NCBI RefSeq assembly: GCF_006345805.1 | Contig: NC_043008.1 | Span: 68,510,001 to 68,574,000 of the forward strand | Source of the DNA: Octopus sinensis | Lineage: Eukaryota | DNA length: 64,000 nucleotides | Reading direction: 5' to 3' | In this document: one piece after another, positions 11,550-24,235 of the stretch | How the letters are laid out: every line of letters begins with the position of its first letter | Numbering within the stretch: the stretch's first letter is position 1 | Made by a program: the position numbers and the translations under genes | The notes under the pieces: model-generated | Seen by the model: the letters and a program-made list of their open reading frames with translations, nothing else | Database searches by the model: none | What the model was told of the DNA's origin: nothing

Positions 11550-12960
11550 GGTTTGCTACATGATTTTACCTCACGAATGCTTTTTAGCAACTGCCATTTG
11601 GTGCATGAGAGAGTTCGATGCAGCTGCCCTCATCTGCATCTTCTGCCGTGAAGTTGGTTCATCTGGGACACCTGACAGGAAGAGATCCAGTCCTACTTTA
11701 AAGACATCTGCATCTACACCATTCAGGTCGCTCAGGTTCTTCGGGAGGATATTGAAGAGCTGTGGGCCTCTGAAGCCCAGGCTATCACAGTATCTTGTCC
11801 TACATCTTGATGGCAAATTTGGAGTCCTTGGTACTACGCAGTGGCGCCCGGTTCTGGCATTTGTGTGACTCTCGATGCCAAAGTTTGGGACAAGTCCTTC
11901 CAGGATCTTCCAGATATATATTATGGCATATCTTTCTCGCCTACACTCCAGGGAATAGAGCTTTAATCTCTTGAGTCTTTCCCAGTAGCTTATATGCTGC
12001 ACAGAGGCTATCTTCTTCGTGCAGCTTCGTTGGATCGCCTCAAGTTCTGTGATCAACTTGACACTGGATGGTGACCATAGCTGAGAGCAATAGTCAAAGT
12101 GGCTTAGGACAAGTGTCTTCCAGAGAACCATCATGGTTTCTTGTTCTCTTGTTCTAAAGGTTCTAAGAATCCATCCGGCCAGCCATCTACATTTCATTGC
12201 CAGTTTAGCAACATGTACATGAGAGGTCGCGTCATCACTCATGTGAATACCCAGGTCATGCACTGATTGTGCCTCTGGGATTGCAATCCCTCCGGGTCCA
12301 GTGTATTCATTGGGTATTGCATTCAGTTTTGCATGCTGATAGCATAAAGCTTGAAACTTTTCAGCATTGAACTGCATGCTATTCTTTTCAGCCCACTTGT
12401 ATATTTTGTCCAGCTTACATTGCAGGTGCTTAGTGTCTTCAGGGTTCTGTATTGCCTGTGAAACTTTTGTATCATCTGCATAACTTGTGATCGTGGCTCT
12501 CTGCGTGGCTGAGGGCATGTCTGAGAGGGCCATTATGAACAGTAGTGGTCCCAAAACAGTGCCCTGCGGAACACCGCTCACTATTTGTGTGTTAATGGAA
12601 GTGGCCCCAATGGCTACTACCACCTGACTTCTATTCTTTAGAAAGTCATGAAGCCATTCTCCCAATTTTCCAACTATGCCAAGATCACGCAGTTTGTGAC
12701 ATATCATTCCATGATCGACTTTATCAAAGGCCTTTGCAAAGTCGAGATATAAGACTTCCACATTTGAGTGGTTGAGCAGTCGTTTCAGCACCCAGTCATA
12801 GTGTTGTAGGAGCTGAGTTAAGCAGCTTCTTCCTGGTCGGAAACCATGTTGGGTGTCAGGCAGCAAGTCATTTTCTTCAAGGAAGGTGATTAGTTTCCTT
12901 CTGACCTATTCGTTCCATGACCTTGCTGATGTGTGAGGTCAGAGAGATAGGTCTGTAGTT

Positions 12961-12961
<1 letters not shown>
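11481..12961 (-). mobile_element. 5'-truncated CR1-clade LINE, young copy
   Basis: RT ORF plus 3' end ggcggtgccccagcatggcc-stemloop-gaaac and an (AAAATC)n tail; 5' junction at a (TA)n run. Confidence 0.9.
11571..12866 (-). CDS. Reverse transcriptase and C-terminal part of CR1-clade ORF2 (partial, 431 aa open)
   Basis: QHGFRPGRSCLTQLL, YLDFAKAFDKVDH, SGVPQGTVLGPLLF, YADD, DLG, LEAIQR, YWERLKRLKLYSL. Confidence 0.92.
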   Translation of the reverse strand: MLPDTQHGFRPGRSCLTQLLQHYDWVLKRLLNHSNVEVLYLDFAKAFDKVDHGMICHKLRDLGIVGKLGEWLHDFLKNRSQVVVAIGATSINTQIVSGVPQGTVLGPLLFIMALSDMPSATQRATITSYADDTKVSQAIQNPEDTKHLQCKLDKIYKWAEKNSMQFNAEKFQALCYQHAKLNAIPNEYTGPGGIAIPEAQSVHDLGIHMSDDATSHVHVAKLAMKCRWLAGWILRTFRTREQETMMVLWKTLVLSHFDYCSQLWSPSSVKLITELEAIQRSCTKKIASVQHISYWERLKRLKLYSLECRRERYAIIYIWKILEGLVPNFGIESHTNARTGRHCVVPRTPNLPSRCRTRYCDSLGFRGPQLFNILPKNLSDLNGVDADVFKVGLDLFLSGVPDEPTSRQKMQMRAAASNSLMHQMAVAKKHS

Positions 12962-13003
<42 letters not shown>

Positions 13004-13013
13004 TATATATAAA

Positions 13014-13412
13014 TACAAAATGGGACAAGAACACAAAACATCCAGACAGTTAGGTGATACAAAAAAGGGACAACAAAACATTCAGATAGATGATACAAAG
13101 AAAACAAGGACGGCTCATTCGGAGTTTTCTTTCCTCAGTCAAGTTCCAGATTATCTTTGCAATGTCCTTGTTTCCATATACATTTGCTGCTTTCTTCCAA
13201 GGAATCTAATACTCTTAGCTTAGTTTTTTAGTTTTTCCTTGGGGCTGGCCAGATTGGAGCAATCTCGAGTATAACAAGTTGAAATTGCAAAGATAATCTG
13301 AAACTCAACTGAGGAAAAAAAACTACAAATGACCATCCTTGTTTTCTTTGTATCATACATCTGAATGTTTTGTTGTCCCTTTTTTGTATCACCTAACTGT
13401 TTGGATGTTTGA
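13014..13412. mobile_element. Penelope-like terminal fragment with an inverted partial copy, between (TA)n runs
   Basis: Arms 13036-13163 and 13284-13410 are diverged inverted copies. Sequence is related to 58179-58440. PLE assignment is inferred from architecture only. Confidence 0.5.
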
Positions 13413-13418
13413 TATATA

Positions 13419-13451
<33 letters not shown>

Positions 13452-13849
13452 ATAATTTATATAATAATTTATTGCAATTGTATTTACAAGCACAACAATA
13501 TCAATAACGGTATCTAATTTAGTAGTTTTGAAGGTATGGGTTAAGTGGATGTCATTGTCCCCAGTACTTGACTGGTTCATCATTTTCTTGATTCTAAAAG
13601 GAAGAAAAGCAAAGTTGAAGTCAGCAGGGTTTGAACCCAGAACATAGAGATGCAGAATGAATTCTATGCTTTAATGATTTGATCAGCTCACAGCCCTAAT
13701 TGTCGTCATCATCATTATCATCACCGCCACCCTCCTCCTCCTCCTCCTCCTCATCATCATCATCATTATCATCATTTAGTGTCTGCTTTCCATGCTGGCA
13801 TGGTTTAGACAGTTTGACTGAAAACTCGTAAGCTGGAGAGTTTGGCTGG

Positions 13850-14064
13850 ATTCTGGTGGGAAGGGGCTAGTTGATTACATTGATCCCAGAGATTAATAAA
13901 GAAACTTATTTTATCGACCCCCAAAATGATAAAGGATGAAAGGTAAAGGCCACCCTGGTGGAATTTGGACTTGGAATGTTAAGTGCCAGAAGAAATGCTG
14001 CTAAGCATTTTGTCTTGTATGTTAATGATTCTTGCAGCTTGCCACCTTTATATAATAATAATAA

Positions 14065-14095
<31 letters not shown>

Positions 14096-14114
14096 AAAAA
14101 TAGTAATAATAAAA

Positions 14115-14209
<95 letters not shown>

Positions 14210-14400
14210 CCTTTCTACTGGAGGCACAAAGCCTCAAATTTGGGGAAAGGAATTAAGTCAATTACATCAGCCCCAGTACACAACTGGTACTTATTAACCC
14301 CAAAGGATGTAAAGCAAAGTTGACCTCAGTGGAATTTGAATTCAGAACATTGTGACAGACGAATTTGTCATTAAGCATTTTGTCCAGCATGCTCACTGCT

Positions 14401-14435
<35 letters not shown>

Positions 14436-14974
14436 TATAATAATAATAATTATAATAATACTTTCTTGTACTGGCTACAAGGGCTGAACACAAAACAAAT
14501 AGGGTTGATACAATACAAGGGATAAGTGAGGTGTTGAACAATGCTGTGTATACAATTAGTAATAAAAGACAAATAGCAAAACAATTAAACAATAGAAATT
14601 CCCCAATTCTTAATTTATTGACCCTGAAATGATGAAAGACAAAATTGACCTTGGCTGAATTTGAACTTGGAACGTGAAGACAACCAAAATGCTGCTAAGC
14701 ATTTTGCCCGGCATGCTAACAATTCTACCAGCTCACCACCTTAATAATAATCATAGTAATCCTTTCTATTATAGGCACAAGGCCTGAAATTCGTGGGGAA
14801 GGGATTAGTTGATTACATTGATCCCAGTGCGTAACTGGTACTTATTTAATTGACCCCAAAAATTATGAAAGGCAAAGTCGGCGTCCCCCGAATTTGAACT
14901 CAGAACACAGTGGTAGATGAAATATTGCTAAGCATTTCACCCAGCATGCTAATGATTCTGCCAGCTCACCACCT

Positions 14975-15068
<94 letters not shown>

Positions 15069-15280
15069 TATAATTATATGTTTATTACCCACAAGGGGCT
15101 AAACACAGAGGGGACAAACAAACGGATTAAGTCGATTATATCGACCCCAGTGCGTAACTGGTACTTAATTTATCGACCCCGAAAGGATGAAAGGCAAAGT
15201 CGACCTTGGTGGAATTTGAACTCAGAACGTAACGGCAGACAAAATATGGCTACGCATTTCGCCTGGCATGGTAATGTTTC
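13850..15280 (-). mobile_element. Cluster of 5 co-oriented SINE family 2 copies separated by (AAT)n/(TAC)n
   Basis: Copies at about 13850-14049, 14209-14401, 14615-14742, 14760-14973, 15085-15280. Confidence 0.8.
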
Positions 15281-15601
15281 TGTCGATCCCTGGCTTACCA
15301 TCCATGCAGGAAGTACAAGAGATTGTATAAACTGGTACGTCACACATATTAAGAAGAGCATTGTGAATTTTCTTTCCTTTTCCCCTTAATTTTCTGTTTT
15401 CCTTTTCTTCATTTTTTCTTTTTTCTTCTTTCCTTTTTCTCTCTGCCTTTCTTACCTGTTTTTTCTATCGCATGACTTCCTAAATGAACAATCTGGTGTC
15501 TTTATTTTGATGCCCTACTAATGCATATAGCGAGTTTCTTAGGTGTCGGGAAGACACTCAGCAAGAAATGGAAGCAAAATTGAAAGAGGATAATGATGAT
15601 G

Positions 15602-15637
<36 letters not shown>

Positions 15638-15867
15638 GTCTCATTATTTGTCACAAGGGAAACAGATGAGGGGATATTAGCAAGATAACTCATAAAAATG
15701 GGAAGGAATTATACAGAATGGAAAGTGAAGAAATGGACACCAATGACAAAACAACTCATGCCTAACAGCATATATGGAGAAATTCAAGAAACGATATACC
15801 CCAGTAAGAAAGAACGGCCATTCAGCGGAAACCCCACAGATCCCAAATTACCCTTAAAATCAAGCGC

Positions 15868-15886
15868 AAGCGCCCTCTGCTGGCTG
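15868..15886 (-). promoter_or_regulatory. CTCF-consensus-like motif CAGCCAGCAGAGGGCGCTT
   Basis: Matches the CCASYAGRKGGCRS core, within a CpG-retaining, apparently non-repetitive stretch. Confidence 0.4.
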
Positions 15887-16389
15887 TGTTCCCTGGCCTA
15901 CAGATGCATGTTGGGAGTAATTAGTTGCATTCAATTAGATTATACTCATTACCTTTATTCACCTTTTGGACAAATACATAGGAAGGCAACACTGCTCTCT
16001 CTATTGCTATATTCTTATAAGGGCTTAATAATGGAATTGAAGAGGGCTTGACATGAGAGTATATTACAATATTACATTAATTGATATTACATAACGCACG
16101 CTACATTATATGATGTTTATTATATTATATAATACACTATATTATATAGCATTATATTAAATTATATAATGCACTATAGCATATTATATAATAATATAAC
16201 AATATTAATAATAATGATTACTTTATATATCATAACAATAAGCACAATGCACACACACACACACAATATAAACACATACAATACACACATAAAACACACA
16301 CACATACACAAACATGCACACACGCACATACACACATGTAACTGAAAAACAATATAGATTATTGTAAATTGACATAGCTGTAGAAATAC

Positions 16390-16468
16390 TGTTGATGATG
16401 ATGATGATGATGATGGTGATGATGATGTCGGTGATGATTGTGATGATGTTGATAATGATGTTGAGAAC

Positions 16469-16508
<40 letters not shown>

Positions 16509-16589
16509 GTGTTGGTGATGATGACAATGATGATGATGATGATAATGATGATGATGATGATGATGATGGTGGTGTTGGTGATGATGACA

Positions 16590-16625
<36 letters not shown>

Positions 16626-16630
16626 TTATT
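16390..16630. repeat. (GAT)n microsatellite
   Basis: Direct reading. Confidence 0.95.
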
Positions 16631-17052
16631 ACCAATGTTAATATTCACGTGCCATATTGGTACCGAGGTATGTGTGTGTTTGTGTGTGCAAACTGGATAT
16701 TGGTTCTTTAGTTGAAGAATCTGTGTCGAAGACTTGCCGCCAATGCCTCCTGCCTACCATTATATATATTTTTCTGCTTGCTACGGAAGATGTTGGCACA
16801 GCTTTTACATGCCACTTGATTGTGACACTTGTAGTTCAAGCAAACACACCACACACACACCTATAAACATGCCCCCCCACACACAAACACACACACACAC
16901 ACAAAAATAAACATCCTCATACACAAATGTGTATATGTATATATATATAATATACACACACACACATATATGTATGAGCATACATTTATACACACCAATG
17001 TACATGCAGACATACAAATACATACACATATACCACAAGCACAAACAAAGGA

Positions 17053-17091
<39 letters not shown>

Positions 17092-17288
17092 TACACACAC
17101 AGAGACATACTCACACACACACAGAGACATACTCACACACACACACACACGTACGTATATACACATATAAAATACTCACGCATGCACACGTACGCTACAC
17201 ATACGTATGTGCATATGTACACATAAACACATGCATACATACATACAAATGCACCCCCCCCACACACACGTACGCACATTCATACGTG

Positions 17289-17322
<34 letters not shown>

Positions 17323-17392
17323 CGCATGCACACACACACGCCATGGTTTGTAGTGTTTCCTACCAAGTGAGATTGTAATCACGGAAAACTGC

Positions 17393-18054
17393 TACACTCC
17401 CTCCCTCTCTCCTCTTTCTCTATCTTTCATCTTCTCCTCTCTGCTTCTCTCTTATTTCTTGCTTCTGTTTCTTCTCTCTCTCCTTTCTTTCTTTCTTTCT
17501 TTCTTTCTTTCATTCTTCCTCTTCATCACTCACTCTCTCTCTCTTTCTCTCTTCCTCTGACTTCCTTCTTCTCATTCTCTTTTCTCTTTTTTCTTTTCTC
17601 TTATATTTCTCTCTTCTTTCTCTCTTCTTCCTCATATTTCTGTTTTCTTTCTCTCTTTCTCTCACTCCTTCTTTCTCTCTCTTTTTTCCTCTTCTTTTCC
17701 CTTCTTTCTTTCCTTCTCCCTCTCTCGCTCACACTTTCTTCTTTCTCTTCTCTCTTACCCTATCTATCTCTCTCACTCACACTCTCTTCACCTCTCTCTC
17801 CTCTCTCACTTCTCTCTCTCTCTTCCTCTTCCTCACCTTTGCTCTCTTTCCTTTTCTCTCTCTCTTCCTCTCTCTCTTGCTCATACTTTCTTCTTTCTTT
17901 TCTCTCTCTCCTTCTCTCCCTCGCCTTCTCTCTCTCTCCTTCTCTCTCTCTCTCCTTCTCTCTCTCCTTCTCTCTCTCTTCTTCTCTCTCTCCTTCTCTC
18001 CTTCTCTCTCTTTCTCTCTCCCCTCTCTCTCCTTCTCTCCCTCTTCTCTCTCCT

Positions 18055-18087
<33 letters not shown>

Positions 18088-18095
18088 TCCTTTGA
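17393..18095. repeat. ~700-bp almost pure polypyrimidine/polypurine tract
   Basis: CT/CTT/CTTT mosaic with very few purines on the + strand. Confidence 0.9.
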
Positions 18096-18533
18096 TTTGA
18101 AATTCTCTCATGGTGACATAAGAATAAATACTTACAACACATCATCATCATCATCATAATCAACAACAACAACAAAAACAACAACAAAAGCAGCAGCAGC
18201 AGCAGCAGCAGTAGCAGCAGTAGCAGCAGCAACAGCAGCAAAAATGACAAAATGTACAATGAGCAAATGAGAATGCCTCTTCATGGTCATTTGACTTGCT
18301 AGAAATAGCAGGCAAAATCTCTCTTTAGTCACACTTCAATGTCTTAAATAAGGAAAATTCAAATTAGATAGCTTATTCCTAGATACTGCGAAAGCAGCAT
18401 GATTTGTCATGGATGGATTGGCATTGAACATAATCAGCAGTGACGCCAACAAGAATTGTATCTTGGGTGGAGTCAGATCTGTGGGTGATGGAACTAAAAT
18501 GCAATGGTATGTTATCATAATAATAATGGTAAC

Positions 18534-18683
<150 letters not shown>

Positions 18684-18709
18684 AGAAATGATTATTATTG
18701 TTATTATTA

Positions 18710-19555
18710 TTAAGGTGGAAATTCTGCTGGGGTTAACTTTGCTTTTCATCCTTTCAGGGTCGATAAATTAAGTAACGGTGAAAGACTGAGGTTGATGTAA
18801 TTGACTAGTCCTCTCCCACAAAATTTCAGGCCTTGTGCCTATTGTAGAAAGGATTATTAGCAGTTTTTTGGTCTACCGCTACGTTCTGAGTTCAAATTCC
18901 GCCGAGGTTAACTTGCCTTTCATCCTTTCGGGGTCGATAAATTAAGTACTAGTGAAACACTGCGGTTAATATAATCGATGAGACCCTGCCCCCAAAATTG
19001 CTGTCCTTGTGGCAAAATTTAAAACCATTATTATTATAATAGTAACCTTATAACTAGGTCTTGTACTGATGGTAATGAAAATAGCTAAAATGTTATATGA
19101 CAATGATGATGACAGTGTTAATGATAATGATGATGGTGGTGGTGATGTTGATGTGGGTTATGGTGATGATGATGATGATGGTAGTGATGGTGGTATATTT
19201 GCATGTGTGCGTATGTGTGTGTCTATGTGTATGTGTGTATGTGTATGCAAATTATAAAAGCTTCTTTTGTTTTGAAAACCATATTTACTACAGGAATACC
19301 CACAAAGAAATATGGTATAAGGCGGCGAGCTGGCAGAAACATTAGCATGCCGGGCGAAATGTTTAGCAGTATCTCGTCTGCCGCTACATTCTGAGTTCAA
19401 ATTCTGCTGAGGTTGACTTTGCCTTTCATCCTTTCCTGGGTCAATTAAATAAGTACCAGTTACACTCTGGGTTGATATAATCGACTTAATCTGTTTGTCT
19501 GTCCTTGTTTGTCTCCTCTGTGTTTGTCCCCTTGCGAGCAGTAAAGAAGTAAGAA
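18710..19555 (+). mobile_element. Three SINE family 2 copies (two partial, one full at 19317-19555)
   Basis: ggcggcgagctggcagaaac...gagttcaaattc...gcctttcatcctttc. Confidence 0.8.
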
Positions 19556-20120
19556 ATATGGTATAATGACACCTTCTTTTGATTCATGTCCAGTAAGACA
19601 AGTGACAAGTCTAAATAAACATTTCTAGAGGAGGAAACTTGAAAAGTTTGAAAAATAAATCAAACTTGTTTTTGAAAAATTATATATCATCAAAATTCTA
19701 AACTTAAATCCAAAGAAATTGTTGCCAAAAATCCACCTAGAAACAAAGAAGTTAATGTCTGCTTTTCCATGCTGACATAACTTAGGTGAAAAACTTTGAT
19801 GCTAATTTTCTATAGCTGGATGCCTTTCCTGTTACCAACCTTCTGCTGTTTCCAATTAAAGTAATATTTTCCATAGTCCTTTGAGCATGAATAACACAAC
19901 AGCCAGAAGATTGCAAATGAATGACAAAATGAAGAATAAGGCACAGTCTTTAACAATGAGCACCCAATGTCAGGACAAGGAGACTCAAACACTTACACTT
20001 ACTAAAGACTTTTTTTAGTGTTTGAATTTACCATATTCATTCATTAGGTTTTGGTTGGCCCAAGGTACTGCACAGTGAGACAGAGCTTAGACCCATGTAA
20101 TTTCAAAATGTACTACTTAA

Positions 20121-20164
<44 letters not shown>

Positions 20165-21320
20165 AAGGAAGATAGTTTTTGTATGTGGCAAATGCTCAGG
20201 AGCAATAAACATTGAAAATGTGCAGAGAACAGCTTCTGTCACATTCCAGGAAGAAAAACTACGAGCAGTTGATAGCTTCCATTACCTAGGTGACCAAGTC
20301 AGTAGCGGGGGTGGATGCTCTGAAAGTGTAGCTGCTAGAATAAGAATAGCCTGGGCAAAGTTCAGAGAGCTCCTACCTCTGATGGTGACAAAGGGCCTCT
20401 CACTCAGAGTAAAAGGTAGACTGTATGATGTATGTGTATGAACAGCCATGCTACATGGCAGTGAAACATGGGCCGTGACTGCTGAGGACATGTGTAAGCT
20501 TGCAAGGAATGAAGCCAATGTTGGACTTAAGAAGCATCAGATGTGGTCACGTGTTGCGAATGGATGAGGACAGCTGTGTGAAAAAGTGTCACACTCTAGC
20601 AGTTGAGGGAACCTGTGGAAATGGTAGATCCAGGAAGACCTGGGATGAGGTGGTGAAGCACAACCTTTGAACACTGAGGCAATGACTAGTGACCAAGACC
20701 TTTGGAGATATGCTGTGCTTGGGAAGACCTGACAAGCCAAGTGAGGCCATAACCCATGGCCTATGCCAGTGGTGTATAACAAGCCCACTTAGGAGTATCC
20801 TTCATTCATTGGACAATAAACTTAGCTTGCGAAGACCTGCTGAGGCAAGTAAAATCAAAATCAAAATCAAAATTGCTGATGTGGCTGATGACAGTACCAC
20901 CTAATTGGCACTTGTGACTGTTGCCAAGGTCGCTAAGTGGCTCCCATGCTGGTAGTATGTAAAAAGCACCATTCAAGTATGATCGTTGCCAGCATCGCCT
21001 TACTGGCACATGTGCCAGTGGCGCGTGAAAAACAACATTCGAGTGTGGTTGTTACCTGTGATGCCGGACTGGCTCCCATGCAGGTGGCATGTAAAAAACA
21101 TCTTTTGAGCATGATCGTTGCCAGTACAATCTGACTGGCCATTGTACTGGTGGCACGTAAAAGCACCCACTACACTCTTGAAGTAGTTGGCATTAGGAAG
21201 GGCATCCAGCTGTAGAAACTTTGCCAGATCAGATTGGAGTCTGGTGCAGTCTTCTGGCTTGCCAGTCCTCAGTCAGACCATCCAGCCCATGCCATGGACA
21301 TTAAATGACAACAATGATGT
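20165..21320 (+). mobile_element. RTE-clade LINE 3' portion (ORF2 C-terminus, repeat-containing 3' UTR, tail)
   Basis: VDSFHYLGDQVSSGGGCSESVAARIRIAWAKFRELLP...LHGSETWAV, continuing into the common tail. Confidence 0.88.
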
Positions 21321-21340
21321 TAATGATATATATATATATA

Positions 21341-21615
21341 AACTTAGATAAACTTAGATATGTTTCGACCAAAGATTGGTTCAGGCCATGTCTAACTTAA
21401 TAGCACCACCTGATAGGATTATTTGAATCCTGTTTAAGTCAAGTTTTGTTTATGGTCCATTCAAGTAGTGAGTTTTTGTTGGGTGAGTTGTATCCAATTA
21501 TGGGTGGCTTATCTGGTATTCTTTGAAGGAATCTATCCAGACTCCGTTTAAAGTTGATGGGATCCTTTTCCTCTTTGATCTCTTTCGGGACAATGTTAAA
21601 TAGGGCAGGGCCTGT
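21341..21615 (-). mobile_element. CR1-clade LINE 3' end (another family)
   Basis: GPALFNIVPKEIKEEKDPINFKRSLDRFLQRIPDKP...NSLLEW*; end catggcc-stemloop-gaaac plus a 10-bp tandem tail. Confidence 0.8.
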
Positions 21616-21821
21616 TGATATATAAATTCAAAATTCAATGAAGTTATCAGTATCTTTAAAAAAATTATGATGAAGTGGACAGCAAACATAATCCAACTAT
21701 GCAAAATATATATTAAAAGTCAGGGTACAATATGCACCTGTTTGCTTGATCAAGCATATTCTACCCTGACTTCTATCATATATGTATATATATATATATA
21801 TATTATATATATATATATATA

Positions 21822-22225
21822 CTCTTTACTCTTTTACTTGTTTCAGTCATTTGACTGTGGCCATGCTGGAACACCGCCTTTAGTCGAGCAAATCGACCCC
21901 GGGACTTATTCTTTATAAGCCTAGTACTTATTCTATCGGTCTCTTTTGCCGAACCGCTAAGTGACGGGGACGTAAACACACCAGCATCGGTTGTCAAGCA
22001 ATGCTAGGGGGACAAACACACACACACACATACACACATATATATATATATATACATATATACGACAGGCTTCTTTCAGTTTCCGTCTACCAAATCCACT
22101 CACAAGGCATTGGTCGGCCTAGGGCTATAGCAGAAGACACTTGCCCAAGATGCCATGCAGTGGGACTGAACCCGGAACCATGTGGTTGGTTAGCAAGCTA
22201 CTTACCACACAGCCACTCCTGCGCC
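21822..22225 (-). mobile_element. SINE family 1, full length
   Basis: Complete reverse copy from head to aaaagag tail. Confidence 0.9.
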
Positions 22226-22300
22226 TATATATATATTAATAATAATAAAAAGTATGTCTATTTGGTCATCCTTGAAGTAAACTCTAAAAATAAATGGATA

Positions 22301-22384
22301 GACCCTGATGAAGCTGCACTGACAATATTGCAAGATTGCATTTGCAACAGGGAGTAGTTACTGCAGTGGAAACACGTGTAAGTC
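22301..22384 (+). ncRNA. Type I hammerhead ribozyme-like fold
   Basis: CTGATGA 22305-22311; stem II GCTGCA/TGCAGT; GAAA 22369-22372; palindrome ACACGTGT; GUA site; stem I GAC/GTC. Confidence 0.65.
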
Positions 22385-22667
22385 ATTATGATATGCTGTA
22401 TATAACTATCAAATAAATTTTGCGGATGTGCAAGTCTCCATACTCTTTACTATTAATAATATTAATTTATACTCCAGGCAACCTTTACAATTCAGCTTAG
22501 AGTGCACAGAATTACCCATTGGAAGAATTCACAGAGTGACTAATAACTAATTGTAGACACAGACATTGGATACTGATCATTGTGCTTAGTCGTTAACAGG
22601 AGCTTGACTGAGACTAATATGGTATCTGTCTGGATAACATATCCTGCCAAACTTTATATATATATAT

Positions 22668-23005
22668 ATATAAAATAGTGTACATTTAAACACAAGAGAA
22701 AAGTATCTTTAATAGGTAATTTTTACACGCTAGAAGAAACAGTCAAAATGACCAAAACCACATTTTAAGAGCAATTTTCAAAGGGAATGAAAAATAAATC
22801 TTTTACCTTGATATTTTTTTACATGTCAAGCTAAAAAAAAAATAACAAGGTAAAAAAACTAACAAGGTAAAAGTTTTTATTTTTCATTCCCTTCGAAAAT
22901 TGCTCTTAAAATGTGGTTTTAGTCATTTTGACTGTTTCTTCTAGCGTGTAAAAATTACCTATTAAAGGTAGTTTTCTCTTGTGTTTAAATGTACACTATT
23001 TTATA
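22668..23005. mobile_element. Fold-back MITE-like element, ~143-bp arms, at a (TA)n run
   Basis: 22668-22810 vs 22863-23005 inverted, about 5 mismatches. Confidence 0.8.
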
Positions 23006-23080
23006 TTGACTTTTATACATGCTAGGCCACTGGTAGTGAAATTTCTAAAAATATTCACCACCCTATATAATTATATATAC

Positions 23081-23124
<44 letters not shown>

Positions 23125-23559
23125 TATATATATGTATATGTATATATATTCATTTTTCTTCTGCTTGGTTCAGTCATTTGACTGTGGCTATGCTGGGGCA
23201 CCACATAAAAGGATTTTAATTGAACAAATTAATCCCAAGGCTATTTTTTTTTAAAGTCTAGTACTTATTCTATTGCTCTCTTTTGTTCTAGGTGCTTTTT
23301 CCATGGCACTGGCACTAATAAGGTCACCAGGTAACTTGCGAGACAAGACCTCAAAAGTGGGAAGAATAGTGTTGATGGAAATGGCTTTATGCAAGATGAT
23401 GAAAAACATTGGTCCCTAAACTTTTTTGCACCATGGACAATTATTCCACAGATCTTGCACTCAACAAAATACAATAACTTGCATAATTTTTATTATTATG
23501 TATATAATACATTCTTCTTCACCTGTCTGTTGTAGGTCAACATTGATTGTTCTTGTTCT

Positions 23560-24025
23560 GTTATCATCTCTGGCAGGCTTGCATGTGGACTGCAAGACCT
23601 GCTCTTCAACTGCAGCAGCGATGACATCTGGCTACTTGATGCAACAGAGAAATGACGCTAATCATGTGCTCTTTCATATTCTCTCTGTTGCTCCTCCTCA
23701 AAGACTGGAATTATGCGCTTCATTGATTGGTACCATTCATTGTGTTGCAAAACCTTCTCTTCCCAGGTATCTGGGGAAATACTGGAGTTCTTCATATGCT
23801 TCTTCAGCATATCCTTGTACTGTAACCTCTGGCCATCATGGCTTTGCCTGCCCTAACTCTGTTCAGCATAGAAAACTGCTTTTGGGAGCCGGCTATCCTC
23901 CATCCTGCAAACATGTCCCAATCCAGTGCTACTGTAATGAGGTAATGTGGACCTTCACACTAACTGGGCTAGGGTGGCACAGGGCCTCTACAACAGGAAT
24001 GTAATCCTGCCATCTGATATACAAG
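23560..24025 (-). mobile_element. RTE-clade LINE ORF2 C-terminal remnant (second family)
   Basis: WQDYIP...HWIG..MEDSRLPKAVFYAE...QRLQYKDMLKKHMK...TWEEK. Confidence 0.8.
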
Positions 24026-24235
24026 GCAGAGTGCAGATGATGAAGTTGGACTCACATCAGAGCCTTGATATAACTGCAGTTTAATATATATATAATGCAT
24101 ATATAATATGATATAATACATATATTACTCGTATAATGTATATATAATGTGGTATAATACATATATACATATTACTCATATAATACATATGTAATATGGT
24201 ATGATACATATATATTACTTATATAATACATGGGA

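Noticed and set aside
13100-13145. CTGAGGA...CGAATG...GTC motif (also at 58245-58280) as a hammerhead
   Set aside because: GAAU core, no A15.1-U16.1 pair and no stem I could be drawn; kept only as a conserved motif.
16690-16850. Short GC-richer unique stretch as a possible exon
   Set aside because: No convincing splice pair or recognisable peptide in any frame.
23426-24004. 192-aa + strand ORF
   Set aside because: It is antisense to a recognisable RTE ORF2 remnant and has no independent protein features.
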